NCBI GenBank assembly: GCA_013265495.1
Contig: MU058009.1
Coordinates: 4,344,739-4,408,738 of the forward strand
Reading direction: 5' to 3'
DNA: 64,000 nt
From: Vicugna vicugna
Taxonomy: Eukaryota
How positions within the stretch are numbered: position 1 is the stretch's first letter; each line of letters begins with the position of its first letter. The translations under genes were made by a program, and so were the position numbers. The notes below the pieces were generated by a model that ran no database searches, was not told where the DNA came from, and saw nothing but the letters and a program-made list of their open reading frames with translations. Positions 13,189 to 25,915 of this stretch are shown in pieces.

Positions 13189-15089
13189 CTGAGGAATAAA
13201 TAGACCAAGATCTATACAGTGAGAGGAGAGCATCCGTGGAGAGTCCGGCAGAGCAAAGGCAGATGAAGGTGTGGGAGAGAGGGGAGGTGACTGACGGGGT
13301 GAGGCCCTCGAAAGGTGAGGCGGGAGAAACCCGCAGAGCAAAGGAGGAACCGGCTTTTGGTGGGAGGGGAGAGAGACGGCTGTTCTGTGAGGCAGCTAGG
13401 GCGGCTCAGGAGCGGAGGTGAAGACCTGGGGGGTATTTTCCAGTGAGTGATTCCAGTGACAGGTCACAAAGTCTACAGAGGCTTCCAGGCTTGAAACATT
13501 TGTGTGGCCTTTCACAGACGACGTCTGCCCACCCTGTTCTGGGGGGTCAGTCGTGAGGGTCCCGGGGAGGAGGGTGGTTCCTCAGGCCGACGCCGGGGTC
13601 TTGGGCGCATCATGGGATGCTCGTGGTGTTCAGGCCAGCTGTTCCCACGAGGCTTCACACAAGACTGGTTATGGCTGACCATTCCTGCGGGGCCGACAGT
13701 GGCCTCGAGCTTTGATGACAACGTAGTGGGCATGGGAGCGCGCTTCTGATTTCCTGCACGGCTGGGTGACTGCCTTTAACAAACACTAGCCTTCTGCCTG
13801 CTTTTTGTGTTTGACGTGTAACTGTATCATCTGCTCATGCCCTCCCCCGCTCCTGCTCCCCTCCCTCTGCCCCTCTCTCTCTTCCTCTCTCTCTCCCTCC
13901 CCCCAGCACTGCCAGCCTTTCTTCACCAGCCGCTGACTCCACTGACTGACTCGCGAGCCCCTGTCCCTCCCGCACTGCACCGTGGAAGGAGCCGGTCAGG
14001 TCTTGGAGGTGGCAGTCAGTCTCCTGAAGTCGAGAAGCAGAACAGAAGTAAAGAATCATTCGTGGCCCCTCAGTTATGATTGTTAGATTGTTCACTTCAA
14101 GGACCAATGTTCACTTTCGGCTGGTCATCAAACCAAAGCGTTCCTTTATCACATCCCTTGGAATTGTGGGAAAGGAAGAGCGTGCCTAGGCTGGACGCCA
14201 GAGGCTCTGAGCTGATGAGGACGCATGGAGTGGGGGGAGAGCTCAGCGTGTCAGTTACAGGCAACGCCCTGGGGTCCTGAGAGGGACGGGGGGCAGGGAA
14301 GTCCTGAGCACGTGTGAGAACGAGGACATTTGTCCATCTTTGTGCATTTTAGGTGTCACCCCTCTCGGAGCAGGTGTCGGGGTTCCTCACGGAGGTTTTG
14401 ATGCTGCAGCAGGGTATTGCCCTGTTAGGCCAAGTTCAAGTTCAAGCTCTTTCTTGCTTCTTCCACGTCCTCCATTGCCAGCTTCCGTGCTTTCATTGAG
14501 CTGCTTCGTGAGTGCCTGTTACAGTGTTTCTACTGCAGGGGCTGCCCGTTCTTCTGCTGAGGCCCGTTTTGTGTGGATCCCAGCATTTTTTCCCTGCCTG
14601 CCTATCCCAGGAAGGTAAAGGCCCTCATCACACTCCCGGCAATCAGTCCTTTACTAATTGCGACAGACAGAGCTGAATCACCAAGCTGATTCCACCCAGA
14701 AAAAAAAAAAATGCAACCGTATGGATGATGACATGAGAAAGCTCTCTGAGAGACTTCTGATTAGATGCTTCTGACACATTCTAATTCGCTCGGAGGAGGC
14801 GGGGACACTAGCTACAAGAGCTTTGAACCAAGGGTATTTGTAGAGATGCCAAACCCGGCTCTTTTCTTTCTCTCTCCAGGTCTAGCTTTATGAAGGCTGT
14901 GTTCATCCCCCTAAAACTGTGGGAATAAAATGCTGCAAACTTCGGAGACTTGAGAGGTCTCTTTATGTGTCCAATCCTTTATCAGAAAAAGAAAAAAAAC
15001 TTAAAAGGTAGTTATCTGCTATTTTATTAAAAGTCACCAAAGAAGGTTTAAGTAGTTCATTATGACAGCTAGACCAGCCACCAAAGTGA

Positions 15090-15880
15090 CGGTCCATTCA
15101 TTCATTCCGTCTTTGACCTTTTTTGTTGCCTTCTCTGTGTTTAGCGCTGCTACAGATGGTGGAGATGCAGAAATAAATGTCCCTTCTCTCATAAATTTAA
15201 GGGGGTAAACCTATGTAATTACACAGCAATGCAGTGTGGTAGTGCAACACAGGAACAACAGCAAAAAAGTAAATAAAAAGTAAAAAAAAAGCGATGCCTC
15301 TCTGGGTAGAGAGGAGGTAAGGAATTTTGATTTTCAAGAACGGGTTCCCAAAGGAGTGACCGAGAGCTGAGACGGTCCTGAAGGCGAAGGAGAGAGTGCA
15401 GGGCACAGATACACAGCCTAGGGTTTAGGAGCTTCCCTGGTGCACGTAGTGGGTGTGGGGAGAAAGGAGTCAGGCACAGAAGAATCTAGAGATGTTGGCA
15501 AGAGTCAGCTCAGAAGGAGCTTGTAAGCACCATGGCCAGGAGGAGGGGGCAGTGCAAGGTCTTAAGCAGGGGGAGGTGATTTTTATTTGTGGCCATTGTT
15601 TTGACAACGATCAATCTGAGACGGGAGGCGGCGGGGCAGTCAAGAGGGTATTGGAAGAATCCAGAGTTGAGGCGAGGGACGGAATTAACAGCTCGCGATG
15701 ATGGGGAGAAGAAAATCGATTTGAAAACCCGAAGGGGGTAAAAACAGCAGGCCTGGTTGATGGACGGTGAGTAGTGAGCCAAAGGGGGAGAATCACACGT
15801 GACGCTTTTTTATCTAGGAGGAGGGGGAGCAGGCTCGGCCACCAGCAGAGGTCAGTGGACATGGGGGAAGAGCAGGTTTG
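15090..15880 (-). mobile_element. L2 3' fragment, antisense
   Basis: Starts tccattcattcattc (the L2 tail read antisense), then ggagatgcagaaataaatgtcccttctctcataaattta and other L2-like purine-rich blocks. Confidence 0.55.
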
Positions 15881-17063
15881 AGGGGAAAGGAGGGGAGTCC
15901 GGCCCCGGGTGTCTGGGACGCACAGAAGTGAGGCGGTCAGCCAGCAGCCCCACCAGGCGCAGACGCAGAGCAGGGGCAGAGCTGGGAACTCAGGTGGCAG
16001 GACTGGGGTCTCAGAGCACAGACTGAGCCCGGAGAGGGGACAGAGGCAGCAGAGCGCTGGACCTCAGGGATGCATGACTCGAGGGTCGAGGGCCCCATGC
16101 CCCCTGGAGTCTGCTCCTTCTGACGTTCCTCTGCCGTCTCCCACGTGCCGCCCGGCACCTCTGCTCGCACCCCCCGTCTAACTCTCCGACCCCTCCTGTG
16201 AGGAGTGGAAACGTAGCCACACTTTACAACAAGGGCCCCAAGGCCCAGCGATGCAATCAAGGCTGCATAATTCCCAGGAGAAAGAGCCCTGATCAGGATT
16301 CAGAAACACCTGGTCTGTTCTGCGGAATCACGGTTGCCTTGTTTCCTCACATTGTGTTCCGTCCGGACGCAGGTGCGCCTGCCTCGGGTTGGCCCTCCCA
16401 GGAGCGGAAGGGGCAGAAGGAGCGTCAGCCGCGGAGCTGATGAAGGAGTAAATCAGGCCCTTCTGCGCGTGCCTCTCTCCGCGTCTCCCCGATGTGACTG
16501 ATGGTCCACCTGTGTGCAGTGGGACCCTGGGATCGGAGGTGGGAGGCGGGCACGGACCAGGGGCAGGGCCTCGCACGTGCTCAGCCGGGGTGAGTCACCA
16601 GCAAGCAGCTTTGCTGGCGGAGAGATCTGAGAGCTATTTGCGGAAAATTCTATCATGGTAAACATGTCCAAGGGCTGCGATCAGATACGGTGCACACAAG
16701 GCTTTCGGTCACGCCTCCCTTTCTCTCTGGGCCCAAATGATCCTACAGCATCAGGCTTCCTGCTGTCCCAGGGGCACGTCCACGTCGCTTTGTTCTCTTG
16801 TCCACGTGGGCTGCCTGTGTCCTGCCCAGGCTGACCGGAAGTGCAGGCAGGCAATCCCATCTCCAGGGCCGATGGGTGGGACCTTGCAGTTCCCTCTCCG
16901 GATCTAATCTGAATGTATTCATTAAGTTGTCTTAACCGGAGATGGGAGCCCACCCATCCCAGGTTGTTTTCCCTCTCTCTCTCTCCCCTCGAGAGGTCAT
17001 TTTGTCACTGAGTGTCGGCCCCGTGGGTACAGTCACCAACACGAGGAATTCTTCAGCGGAGCC

Positions 17064-17172
17064 TCATTCTGCCCTGCACTGAGATCGCCCCCCACCCCTT
17101 CATTCTGTCCTGCAGCTGAGGTCGCCCCCCACCCCTTCATTCTGCCCTGCAGCTGAGATCACCCCCCACCCC
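17064..17172. repeat. Minisatellite, 37-bp unit, about 3 copies
   Basis: Unit TCATTCTG(C/T)CCTGCAGCTGAG(A/G)TC(G/A)CCCCCCACCCCT repeats from about 17065, 17100 and 17137. Confidence 0.85.
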
Positions 17173-18829
17173 ACTGAGTCCACCAGGCCTCTGGTTGGTG
17201 CCCAGAGGTCGTGGGTCTCAGGGGGGCGGATGGCACCCTGAACACTCCTTTCCTTTCATCCTAAGTCTTGGTGGGAGGAGAACCCCCCTCGTTTAGGGGA
17301 AAAAAAACTCCTTGGCCAGCGTATCTGTTCTTCAAAAGGAGGATTTACAAACCACTTCGCTCTCCACCCTCCACGACATCTTTAATGAAACATGCACAAG
17401 GCTGCACTTTACTTCTCGACTCATTTCTTCTTCCGACCATCCGTTGTATTTGGAGGAGTTCTCTGTTTTCTCCGTGCAGGGCTGGGGGCTGGTGGGGATT
17501 TGGTCCTGTTCCATCACTTGGGGGTGAACCACAGGACCACAGAAAGTGGATGTGCATCTTTTTGCATCCTGCGCGCCTTTTGGATCCCTCTTCAGAAGGG
17601 AGTGAATCTTTCGGTAGGGAAAACACATCCGCGTAGACACACGTGCGTGGTGTCATTTCCTGAGGTTCAGAAACCCCAGCGGGAGAGTTCGACAGCTCTC
17701 AGACTAAAAATTCCTGCTCTGAATCCAGAAATTGTCTTCCCGGCTCAGGTACAGACAGCCCTGCTTTTCCAAGGCAGTCCCGGACCAGGTGGCTAAGGTG
17801 ACCCCCGGCAGGTGGACTTCGGACCACCTGTGCGCATGACGGAGTCAGGAGAACCTTAGCCCTGTAGGGGCTTCTTAAGTAGCATGAATTCCCTCAAACT
17901 AGTCTGGACCAGGAATTTCAAGGCAACCTTACATCCTGCAGCGCTCAGTGCCGGCTTCTGTCTCTAGAGATTTAGAGGAAGAGAGAGCAAACAGCCAACA
18001 TATGGAGGGGATGTGACACCACGGGGTTCTATATTTATCCCTATCAATGTCTTTCAGATCAAATCGGCTGAGTTTACAAATCAAAAGCTGATTTCTTTAT
18101 TTATCTTTTATTTTTTTTAGCAGCCATCAGCTGCACTACTGCAAATACCCAGGTTCCAGACGCCAAGCTGCAAACCCCAAACGCCCAGCTGTGTGCTTTC
18201 TGACTTGAGATCATCACCCGCAAGAGGGTCTGCACACAGCGCTGAGCTGACGGTGCTGGTGAACAGGCTGCGGCGCTCACACTCCAGGGCCCAGCCGGCT
18301 GCCGCGGCCACGGCTGCGGGGAGGACCCTGTCCCATCGTGAGGGGAGGGGCGGGCCTCAGAGGCACGCACGGCCCGGCTCAGCGCAGCGCAAGGGCTCAT
18401 TTTCGTACAACTATGTTCTGGGCTGCGGCCCCTCCTTAATACAAAGCTAAAGGTTACTCCCAGGAAACCCCCCACTTGAAAAAGTAACGAGTTATTTCTT
18501 CTTTCTATAGACTCATAAGCTAATTAATGTGTTAATGTTTCATGCATGTATATTCAAACATACACATATGTTTGGTTTCAACCATCAAATGAGTCTTTTT
18601 ATTTTTTGGCCAAAGCCCCCTCAAAGGCCCTGGAACTTTATTTTGATGATGCTCCGTGTATCCTTCTCTTGGTGAACGTCGATGGTGATGACCTGAGACG
18701 TGTTTGCCCAACACGAGGTCCTGAAGATGGTCTCCATGCTTTAGAGGCTAGTGACAGCTGGCACGTTCCCATGCCACTTTTTAAGCTGGTGAAGTTTAAA
18801 CTGTTTTCTTGTGTGCATTGCCTTTCCAA

Positions 18830-19195
18830 GAAAGACCTCATTCTTGGGAGAAGTCTTAGAATCACGGCAAAATTGAGCAGAAAATACAGAAACCCATATA
18901 CCCCCTGCCCGCCCCTCCCACAGCACAGTGTCCCCCACCATCACACTCTCCACCAGAGCAGCACTTGTGTGACAGTCCATGAACCTACATTGACGCATCA
19001 CTGTCACCCGAAGCCTACAGTTCATATGAGGGTTCACTTTGGTCTTATACAATCTGTAGGGTTTGACCAATGTGTAAGACGTGTACCCACCATCACAGGG
19101 TCGTACAGCGCAGGTTCTCTGCCCTGAAACTCCTCGGGGCTTTGTCTGTTCATTCATCCCTCCCCACTGACCCTTGGCGACCACTGGTCTTAATA
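18830..19195 (-). mobile_element. Old L1M (L1MB/L1MC class) 3' end, antisense
   Basis: agaatcacggcaaaattgagcagaaaatacagaaacccatatacccc...catgaacctacattgacgcatcactgtcacccgaagcc...agggttcact...ggcgaccactggtc. Confidence 0.8.
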
Positions 19196-22100
19196 TACGT
19201 CGGCTCTGTGTTTTGCTAGTACGTGTACCTCTAGACAGATGGATGACGTGCAGGGAGGGCCACATCAGTTTATGTAATGTTTTATTGCGTCTCTAATTCC
19301 TGTTTGATGATGGGTTGATGTGAAGGTCTGAGGGACTCTCCCTTCTGTGTGCGGGACGTGGTACCAAACAGCTGTGACAGCCAGCCCCTAGGTGTCGGCC
19401 AGAAAGCTGAGGGAAGCGAGGAGCTAGGTTTGCAGGAGTGAGGGAAGTCCCTGCGCAGGAGACACGGCGCCGAGCCCTGCAGGGAGGTGGTGACCTAGGG
19501 GCACCGCGACGTCGTCGGCTCCCGCCCACCAGCACCCGGCTCGGAGGCTTCAGGAAGCTTGCTCTCGTCTCATGGAGCGTCCAGCCTGCCCCGCTCCCAG
19601 CCTCGGCCCCTGTGTTTGCTGGGCCGTATTCTCATCGACCCACGGAAGCTGTACCTCAGTGGGGGACAGGAAAAAAGCAGGTTTGGGCCCTCCAGAACTT
19701 GCTTTCTGAAAGAGATCTTTTCAATTCACTCATCCTGGCAGAGATTGTCAGATGCTCCTTTCTGCCAGCCGTGCTCTCTGTGGCCAGAGGAAAGGTCAAG
19801 GAGGAAGACACACACGTGTTGAAATGCGTTTATAGCCTCTTATTCTCAGTTGTGAAATTAGAGCCGCTTCTTAAGCCCCCAGCTGTTCTCACGTGGGCTC
19901 TGCAGCTGCACCTGCCTTCTTAGAAGAAATGACCCTGAGAAATTGTACCCCTTATCAACCCAATCCTATTTTAAGTGAACAGAGTAGAGCTTTCCGCACA
20001 TGGGATCTGTGGTGAAGCCTCTAGCGTTTATCGTTGTTAAGGCCCCCCAGAAAAGCGGAGATCTGATTATTCGTTCATTTGCACGATGAGACGTTCTTGT
20101 ATCAACGATCCTGACTATTAAAAAGTGCTCAAGCTGCCTCGTGGTGTCAGCATTAGTAACCTTGATAGTCACCAGTTCCTGGGAGCCCACGACACGCCGA
20201 GGGCTTTGCAGGTACTTGCTTCCGTGGCGCTCACGGTAACCCTGTACGGTGGGGCCGCTTTCCCGTCATAAAGAAGAGGACTCTGAGGCTTGGAGAAGGG
20301 AGCTGTCAGCCAGTAGGATCTGCCGCCCCACCCCCACCACCGTGCAGACACGAGGGCCCCGCCCTGCCCACAGCACAGCCAGGGGCAGGCAGTGCGGGGC
20401 CGCCAGCCACCCTCCCACCGTTTTGCTCCAGCTGAATACCAGGCCCTCGGAAGCTAGTCTAGGTAGATAATTCAACGGTAATTACTGTCATATTTGGAAA
20501 GAATTTTAACACCGGTCATCTCACCCTGTTCCAGCAGCCACCGCTGTGTGGGTTTTGTGTGCCCCCAGCCTGACCCCGCAGCACAGGGCTGCCCAGTGCC
20601 CCCTTCAGATGGTTCCTAGGGCCCATCTGCCCGCCTGGAGACCCTGGGCTTCCCTTCCGTTTCCCCTGCTTAGTTCTCAGAGCCCCCCCATGCAGCCCCT
20701 CGCCACCCCCTCTGCAGGTAGGAGGAGAGTCGGGGTCTGTTCTGAAGCGGTGCTGGCTGCAGGCGCAGGGCCCCAGGCTGCGGGCAGCTCTCAGGCGGAG
20801 CCATGAGGGAGGCGGAGGGTCCCCAAGGACATTGGCAGGTGCTGACATTGGATCTCACAGCGCCACCACCCACCCCTAGTGTCTCCCGGGAGCACATCAT
20901 CTGTAGCCCTGGCCCGACTGCTTTCTCCCTGAGGCCTCAAATCAGTGCCTTGGGCTTCCGAGGGCTGGTAGCAGTCACACCTCAGTCAGTGTCTCTGTGC
21001 ACCAGACTTCCCAGCATCTGAGCAAAGCCATGTCTTCCTCCATGAAGCCCGTGACTTCCCGCGCTGGTCGGCTCGAAGCAAAGGTGCGCCGGCAGGACAC
21101 CACGTGGCCGGCCCTGTAGGCGGCTCTCCCCTCCCGGGCTGGACAGGAGCGTCCCGGTGCAGGTGGGGGGGTGGTAAGGGGAGCAGTGCCGCGCGCTCTG
21201 CTCTAGTGCTAGTCAGTGTTAGAGCTAAAGTTTTAAATGATCCTCCCAGCTCTCAAATTCCACAATTCTCTACTCTGTCTTGTCTTTTCCTTTTTTTTTT
21301 TTTTTCAGTTTCTGGGGCCCAGTGATTTTTATCTCAGCTGGTCTGCACGCTGTAAAACTATGAAGCAAGGAGACAGCTGTGTCCGCTCCTCTGCGGTAGC
21401 CGCAGCTGTCCCCATGACGAGCTCGTGTCGCGTGTGATAAAAACGGTAATCACGGCTGGTGCCGTTTTCAGCTGTGAAGATTTTAAAGCCCAGTCTACGA
21501 ACTCAGAGACTTGGGGTGCTCTTTCCCCAAGGAGCGCTGCTCACGCAGGGCGCTCTGTGTCCTTCGATTCGTTGTGAACTGCGTGCTGAGCTCAGCCCTC
21601 GGGAGAGAGTGAGTCTGCTTTGGGGGTCTGGGGGCAGACGTGAGCGTCACGTGTCCACATGGCTTCATTTCCCTGCTTGGACTGTGAGGTTCCATCTAGT
21701 GAAACAGCAGTGCTCCTGAAAAGTTGGCTGGGAAACAAATTCTGATGGCTAAATCACACTTCCCCATTGATCTGCATTCTTAAATTAAGCATGCATTCCC
21801 CTGAGGAAATAATCGGCCCCAAGATTAAATATACATTATACTAACCACTCGATAAACCTTTTAAAATCACTTATTTAAAGAAAGTCTTCTGTTAGGACAC
21901 AAATAGTGGTATTTTTCAAAGTCAAGAAATAGAAATACTTTGCTAAGAGCAGTGGCCAGAGGTGGCGCTGTCTTGGGAGCAGAGCCACTTGAGGTAGGGT
22001 GAGCAAGAGTCCCCGCCTTTTTTTTTTTTCAATTAAATTTGGCCTGCCATTCTGAGTCTATCAGTCAATCCGTTGATTCACAAGAAGTTGACAAATTTCA

Positions 22101-22334
22101 GATTATGTGAACTACTCTTCCAGGCGCCTTGAGAGCCCGAGGTGTCCGGGACGTGGTCCCTGCCGTCAGAGTCTCAGGTGCACGGGAAAATAAGACAGTG
22201 CACATGGTGTGAAGAAACCACCGGAAGGCACATAATGGCTGCAGGAGCGGTGTGGGGACACTGGGACACCTGGCGTGCTGCCACTAGCCAACGTCGCACG
22301 TGAGAAAATACAGAACTGACCGAAGCCACTAAGT

Positions 22335-22465
22335 CCCAGACTTAGTTATACATGAGAATTTCCTAGTGAAATTATTAACGCTCCTCATCCCAGGAGATTC
22401 TGATTTCGTACGTGAGGGTGGGATCTAGCACTCTACATTCAGACGACTATTCCAGGCAGATCGAC
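22335..22465. mobile_element. MER5-like hAT-Charlie DNA transposon remnant
   Basis: tacatgagaatttcct...catcccaggagattctgatttcgtacgtgagggtgggatctag...tattccaggcagatc resembles the MER5 core. Confidence 0.45.
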
Positions 22466-25205
22466 TGAAATCAGCCTATGTCCCAGCTCTGTTGACCTCT
22501 TTTCCCTTTTTATTTCTTCTAATGTTCTTTGTAAGTTCTCCATTCAAGTGATAAAGCCTCAATCACTTCATAGCCAGAGCACAAATGCTATTAAAGGAAA
22601 ACTTCCCTTGAATCATGGACTCTTTAAATTCAGGTTTCAGTTTAGAGGGGGGTGTTTTTGTTTTTGGTTTTTGTTCACTTGTGTAAGCATTGCCTAAAGA
22701 AACCTCATTTCTGGTGATCCAAAGTGTAATTTGTTCTGTGTACCCTGATTGTCTTTCTCTGCAGCGTTGCAATGTTTGCTTCTAGCTGAGGGAAAAAAAG
22801 AAAAAAGTATGTGGGAAAAAAGGTGACAATAATGACACTGAAAGCTAAAATATTTAAAGCATTTTACTGTATACAAATTACCTTTCATTTGCCTTTTCCA
22901 ACTTAATCAGAGAGCAGACATAGAAAAATCTATGAGCAATGATTGCGCTTTTGGTCTGTGGAACACATGACAGTAAGATTAAGCTTCATTGGATTTTGCA
23001 GGATGGCTTAAGCGTAAACCCTCTCCCTCTGGTAACACTGACCTAGACCCGTGGAGAACATGAACCTTCCCCAGCTCTCAAGCCGTCTAACTTCCTTCCC
23101 TACATGAAACCGCCTGATATTAACACATTAAACCCCCCATACCCGAGCACACATGTCCCCACAAAAGCTGGGTACGGTTTGATTGCGATTGCCCCACTAC
23201 TTCCGTCCGTGACGGCGGTCCCCTCAGCTTCTCCATCTGGGCGCTCCTGTAGCAGGTGCCTCCAAGCTCAGGCCCTGTGAGTCCTACGGAGCTCACGCAA
23301 GAGCGTGGCCGGACGGCAGAATTAACGCGGACGCGTGGTCTCTCATCGCAGAGAAGAGACCCAGAGAACCCCGCGTCGTGTTGTGTCCTTGCTTTGAAGG
23401 TGCGGTGCACAGCCTCCCGGGGGATCTGAGGTCCTCCCAGTCACTGTTCCAACGCTGGAGCTCAGTCCAAAAACAGCTGTCCGGAGCTAATGTATTCCCT
23501 CGTGTGACGGCACTGTTAATTTATAAATGACACTGGTAATCCGCGCTATTATTAATTTCAGATGGTGTAGGGCAAGCCTAATTAAAATATGACACCAACT
23601 GCCACACATATGTACCAAGGACCACCATTTAAAATTAATGGGGATATTAAGTGTGACACTGGCCTCGGCGATGCTCTGCACGGTAATTACAGCATTCCAG
23701 CAGGGGAGACCTGCCGAGCGCAGGCTTGAGGCTGGGTGCAAATAAACAAGGAGGACACATAAAAGGCATCACCAACTCTCCATCCAAGCCCCTCCTCCTC
23801 ATTTCCTTCGCCCTCCCTAAAACCGAGGTTAGTACTTTTCCCCCCAGGATGCTGTGGCTCCTGTGACGTGTGGACGGCGCTCGCTGGCTGGGACCGTGAG
23901 TCGCTGTGAGCTCCTGCTGGCTGTCCCCCCCACAGCCGGGACGTTTGGTCCCACTTCTCACTCGTCAGCAGGTGCCTGATCCTCCCTGTGAATTCAGTGA
24001 CTCCCGCTCACTTGCGGTGATGGACATCGGCTGTCCTGTAACTCTCCTGTAGGTGGGAGGGGCAGGGAGCTTCTACATGGAGGGGCCGTGGGTCCCACAG
24101 GCCACGAAGATCGCTGGGAAAAGCTCAGGCTAGACCTAGTCCTGGACGGTGGCAGTGACTGGTCATGGCCCAGGCGTGCTGGCAGCGCTGGGCGGGTGGC
24201 GGTCCTTCTCTGTCGGAGAGCTGTTGTGTTGTGGGTCATTGTGCTGCTGCTGTCATTATCTTGACCAAAGTGGTGGCCTTAGCGACGTCACAGAGCACAC
24301 ACAGCCCTAGTGCACACACCGCTCACATCATGTCGGGTTCTCACTGTAGTCCTTTCCGTGCTCTGGCACAGCAGATACGGGGAGGGGGCTGTGGAGGGTG
24401 GGCAGGCAGCCCCCTGCTCCCCGTTCCGGTCATGCGGGGCCCCTCCTGCTGATACAGCCTCGCTGCGCCCGAGCCCAGGCCTCCGGGCAGTTACAGGGTC
24501 GCTCGCTCAGCAGCAGGGGGGCCGCAGGAGCGTTTCGCGTGTGTGGCTCTCGTTTCTTCCTCCAAGCAGCCCTGTGAGGTGTTAGGACTGAATGTGAACT
24601 GACCCAGGGAAGACGTCTTCCGTTTGCTGGGGACAGTCTCTGCTTCTGCGTCTTGTCCCAGAATAACTGTTAACAGCACCTGCCTCACTCTCACAACTAC
24701 CCCAGGTCACGTGAGAAGCGCCATCGCGCCGACCGTCTTCGTTTGACAGAGGAGGCAGGTGTCCCTGGATGTGCTCAGTTATGTCGCCGTCCACTCTCCG
24801 CAGGGCGGTCAGGCTCGGGGCGACTGGGAGAGGATGGTGGCGCCTGTCCTGTAGGCTGCACTGTCACGGTCCTTCCGTAATCACAGGCCCAGAGCCGGAC
24901 CTCGGGCTGGACGTCGGGTGGGAACAGGGTTGCTATTACTACTCACAAGTCTTCAATGAGAGACGGAGTCTCAGGATGGGGACGTGGCCATGAGACTCAC
25001 AGCCTCGTATTCCGGCTCCTTCCTGCTGCTGTGGGTGCGGGCGGGCTGTGCAGCCCCCTTGTCGCCTTGTCTTCAGGATCTTGTACCCAACAGCTCCAGC
25101 AGCTCGAAGTTTAGAAAGTCGATTTCTGCTGATTTAACTGAGTGTCTAAATCAAAAAACAGAAATTTAAAATCACTTTATTAGTATTTCCACTTCCTTTC
25201 GTGGC

Positions 25206-25335
25206 TGTGTGTTGTGCATGTGTGCGTGCGCACATGTCTGTGTGCGCGTGTGTGTGCGCACGTGTGTGTTGTGTTGTGTGTACGTGTGTGTGGTGTGTGT
25301 GTGTGCGTGTGTGTGTGCGCGCACTTGTGCGTGCG
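25206..25335. repeat. Degenerate (TG/CG)n alternating purine-pyrimidine tract, about 130 bp
   Basis: Read directly: tgtgtgttgtgcatgtgtgcgtgcgcacatgt...gtgtgtgtgcgcgcacttgtgcgtgcg. Confidence 0.9.
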
Positions 25336-25780
25336 ATGGCCAGTGTGGCACTTTCAGCTGACGTGCGGTCTGGGACGCAGTCACCAGCTCTGCATCTCAA
25401 GGCTCGGGCTAGGTGACTCCTGAAGACCAGAAAGTTAACATTCACTCAAAGGTGCTTAGCTCAGATCCCGGAGCCTGACTGCTTGGTAAGATCCGGGCCG
25501 TGTAAATGTCAGAAATGTGAATCACTTATGGAGGACTGGTCATTTTCTGGGCACTGCCCTCGTCCAGGTCAGAACAGGAACATTCCAGCTGGTCCCCTGG
25601 GGAGCCAAGGAAAGGTGACGGTGGGGGAGGGAGAGGAGACGGCGGAGGGACAGCAGGCGTCGCTCCCAGGAATCTGGACTTACAAGTGGCACAGTGCTCC
25701 GCAGACAGAACCAATTCGTGCTTGGTCGTCTAAGTTTATACCTTTGGTGTTTTTCCTCCTGCTGCACCGCACGCCGGCAG

Positions 25781-25915
25781 CTGTGGGCTTTGTGAGCGAA
25801 GACGAGTACCTGGAGATCCAGGGCATCACGCGGGAGCAGTCGGGGGACTACGAGTGCAGCGCCTCCAACGACGTGGCTGCACCGGTGGTCCGGAGAGTCA
25901 AGGTCACGGTGAACT
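25781..25915 (+). CDS. NTM: NTM coding exon, second half of Ig domain 2 (135 nt, phase 1/1)
   Basis: Acceptor ccggcAG at 25779-25780 and donor ACT|GTAAGT at 25916. Encodes (A)[44 protein letters not shown](Y), including the Ig D-x-G-x-Y-x-C motif. Confidence 0.97.

Noticed and set aside
21951-21970. CTCF-like GGCCAGAGGTGGCGCTG
   Set aside because: The right half matches but the conserved CC-R-S-Y left half does not align.
25172-25423. ORFs rich in His/Thr or Cys/Val
   Set aside because: Translations of the (TG)n/(CA)n tract; the ORFs at 52072 and 58896 arise the same way.
1-25780. Upstream NTM exons (signal peptide, Ig1, first half of Ig2)
   Set aside because: I found no matching coding sequence; consistent with the long intron before the 135-nt exon extending past the window start.
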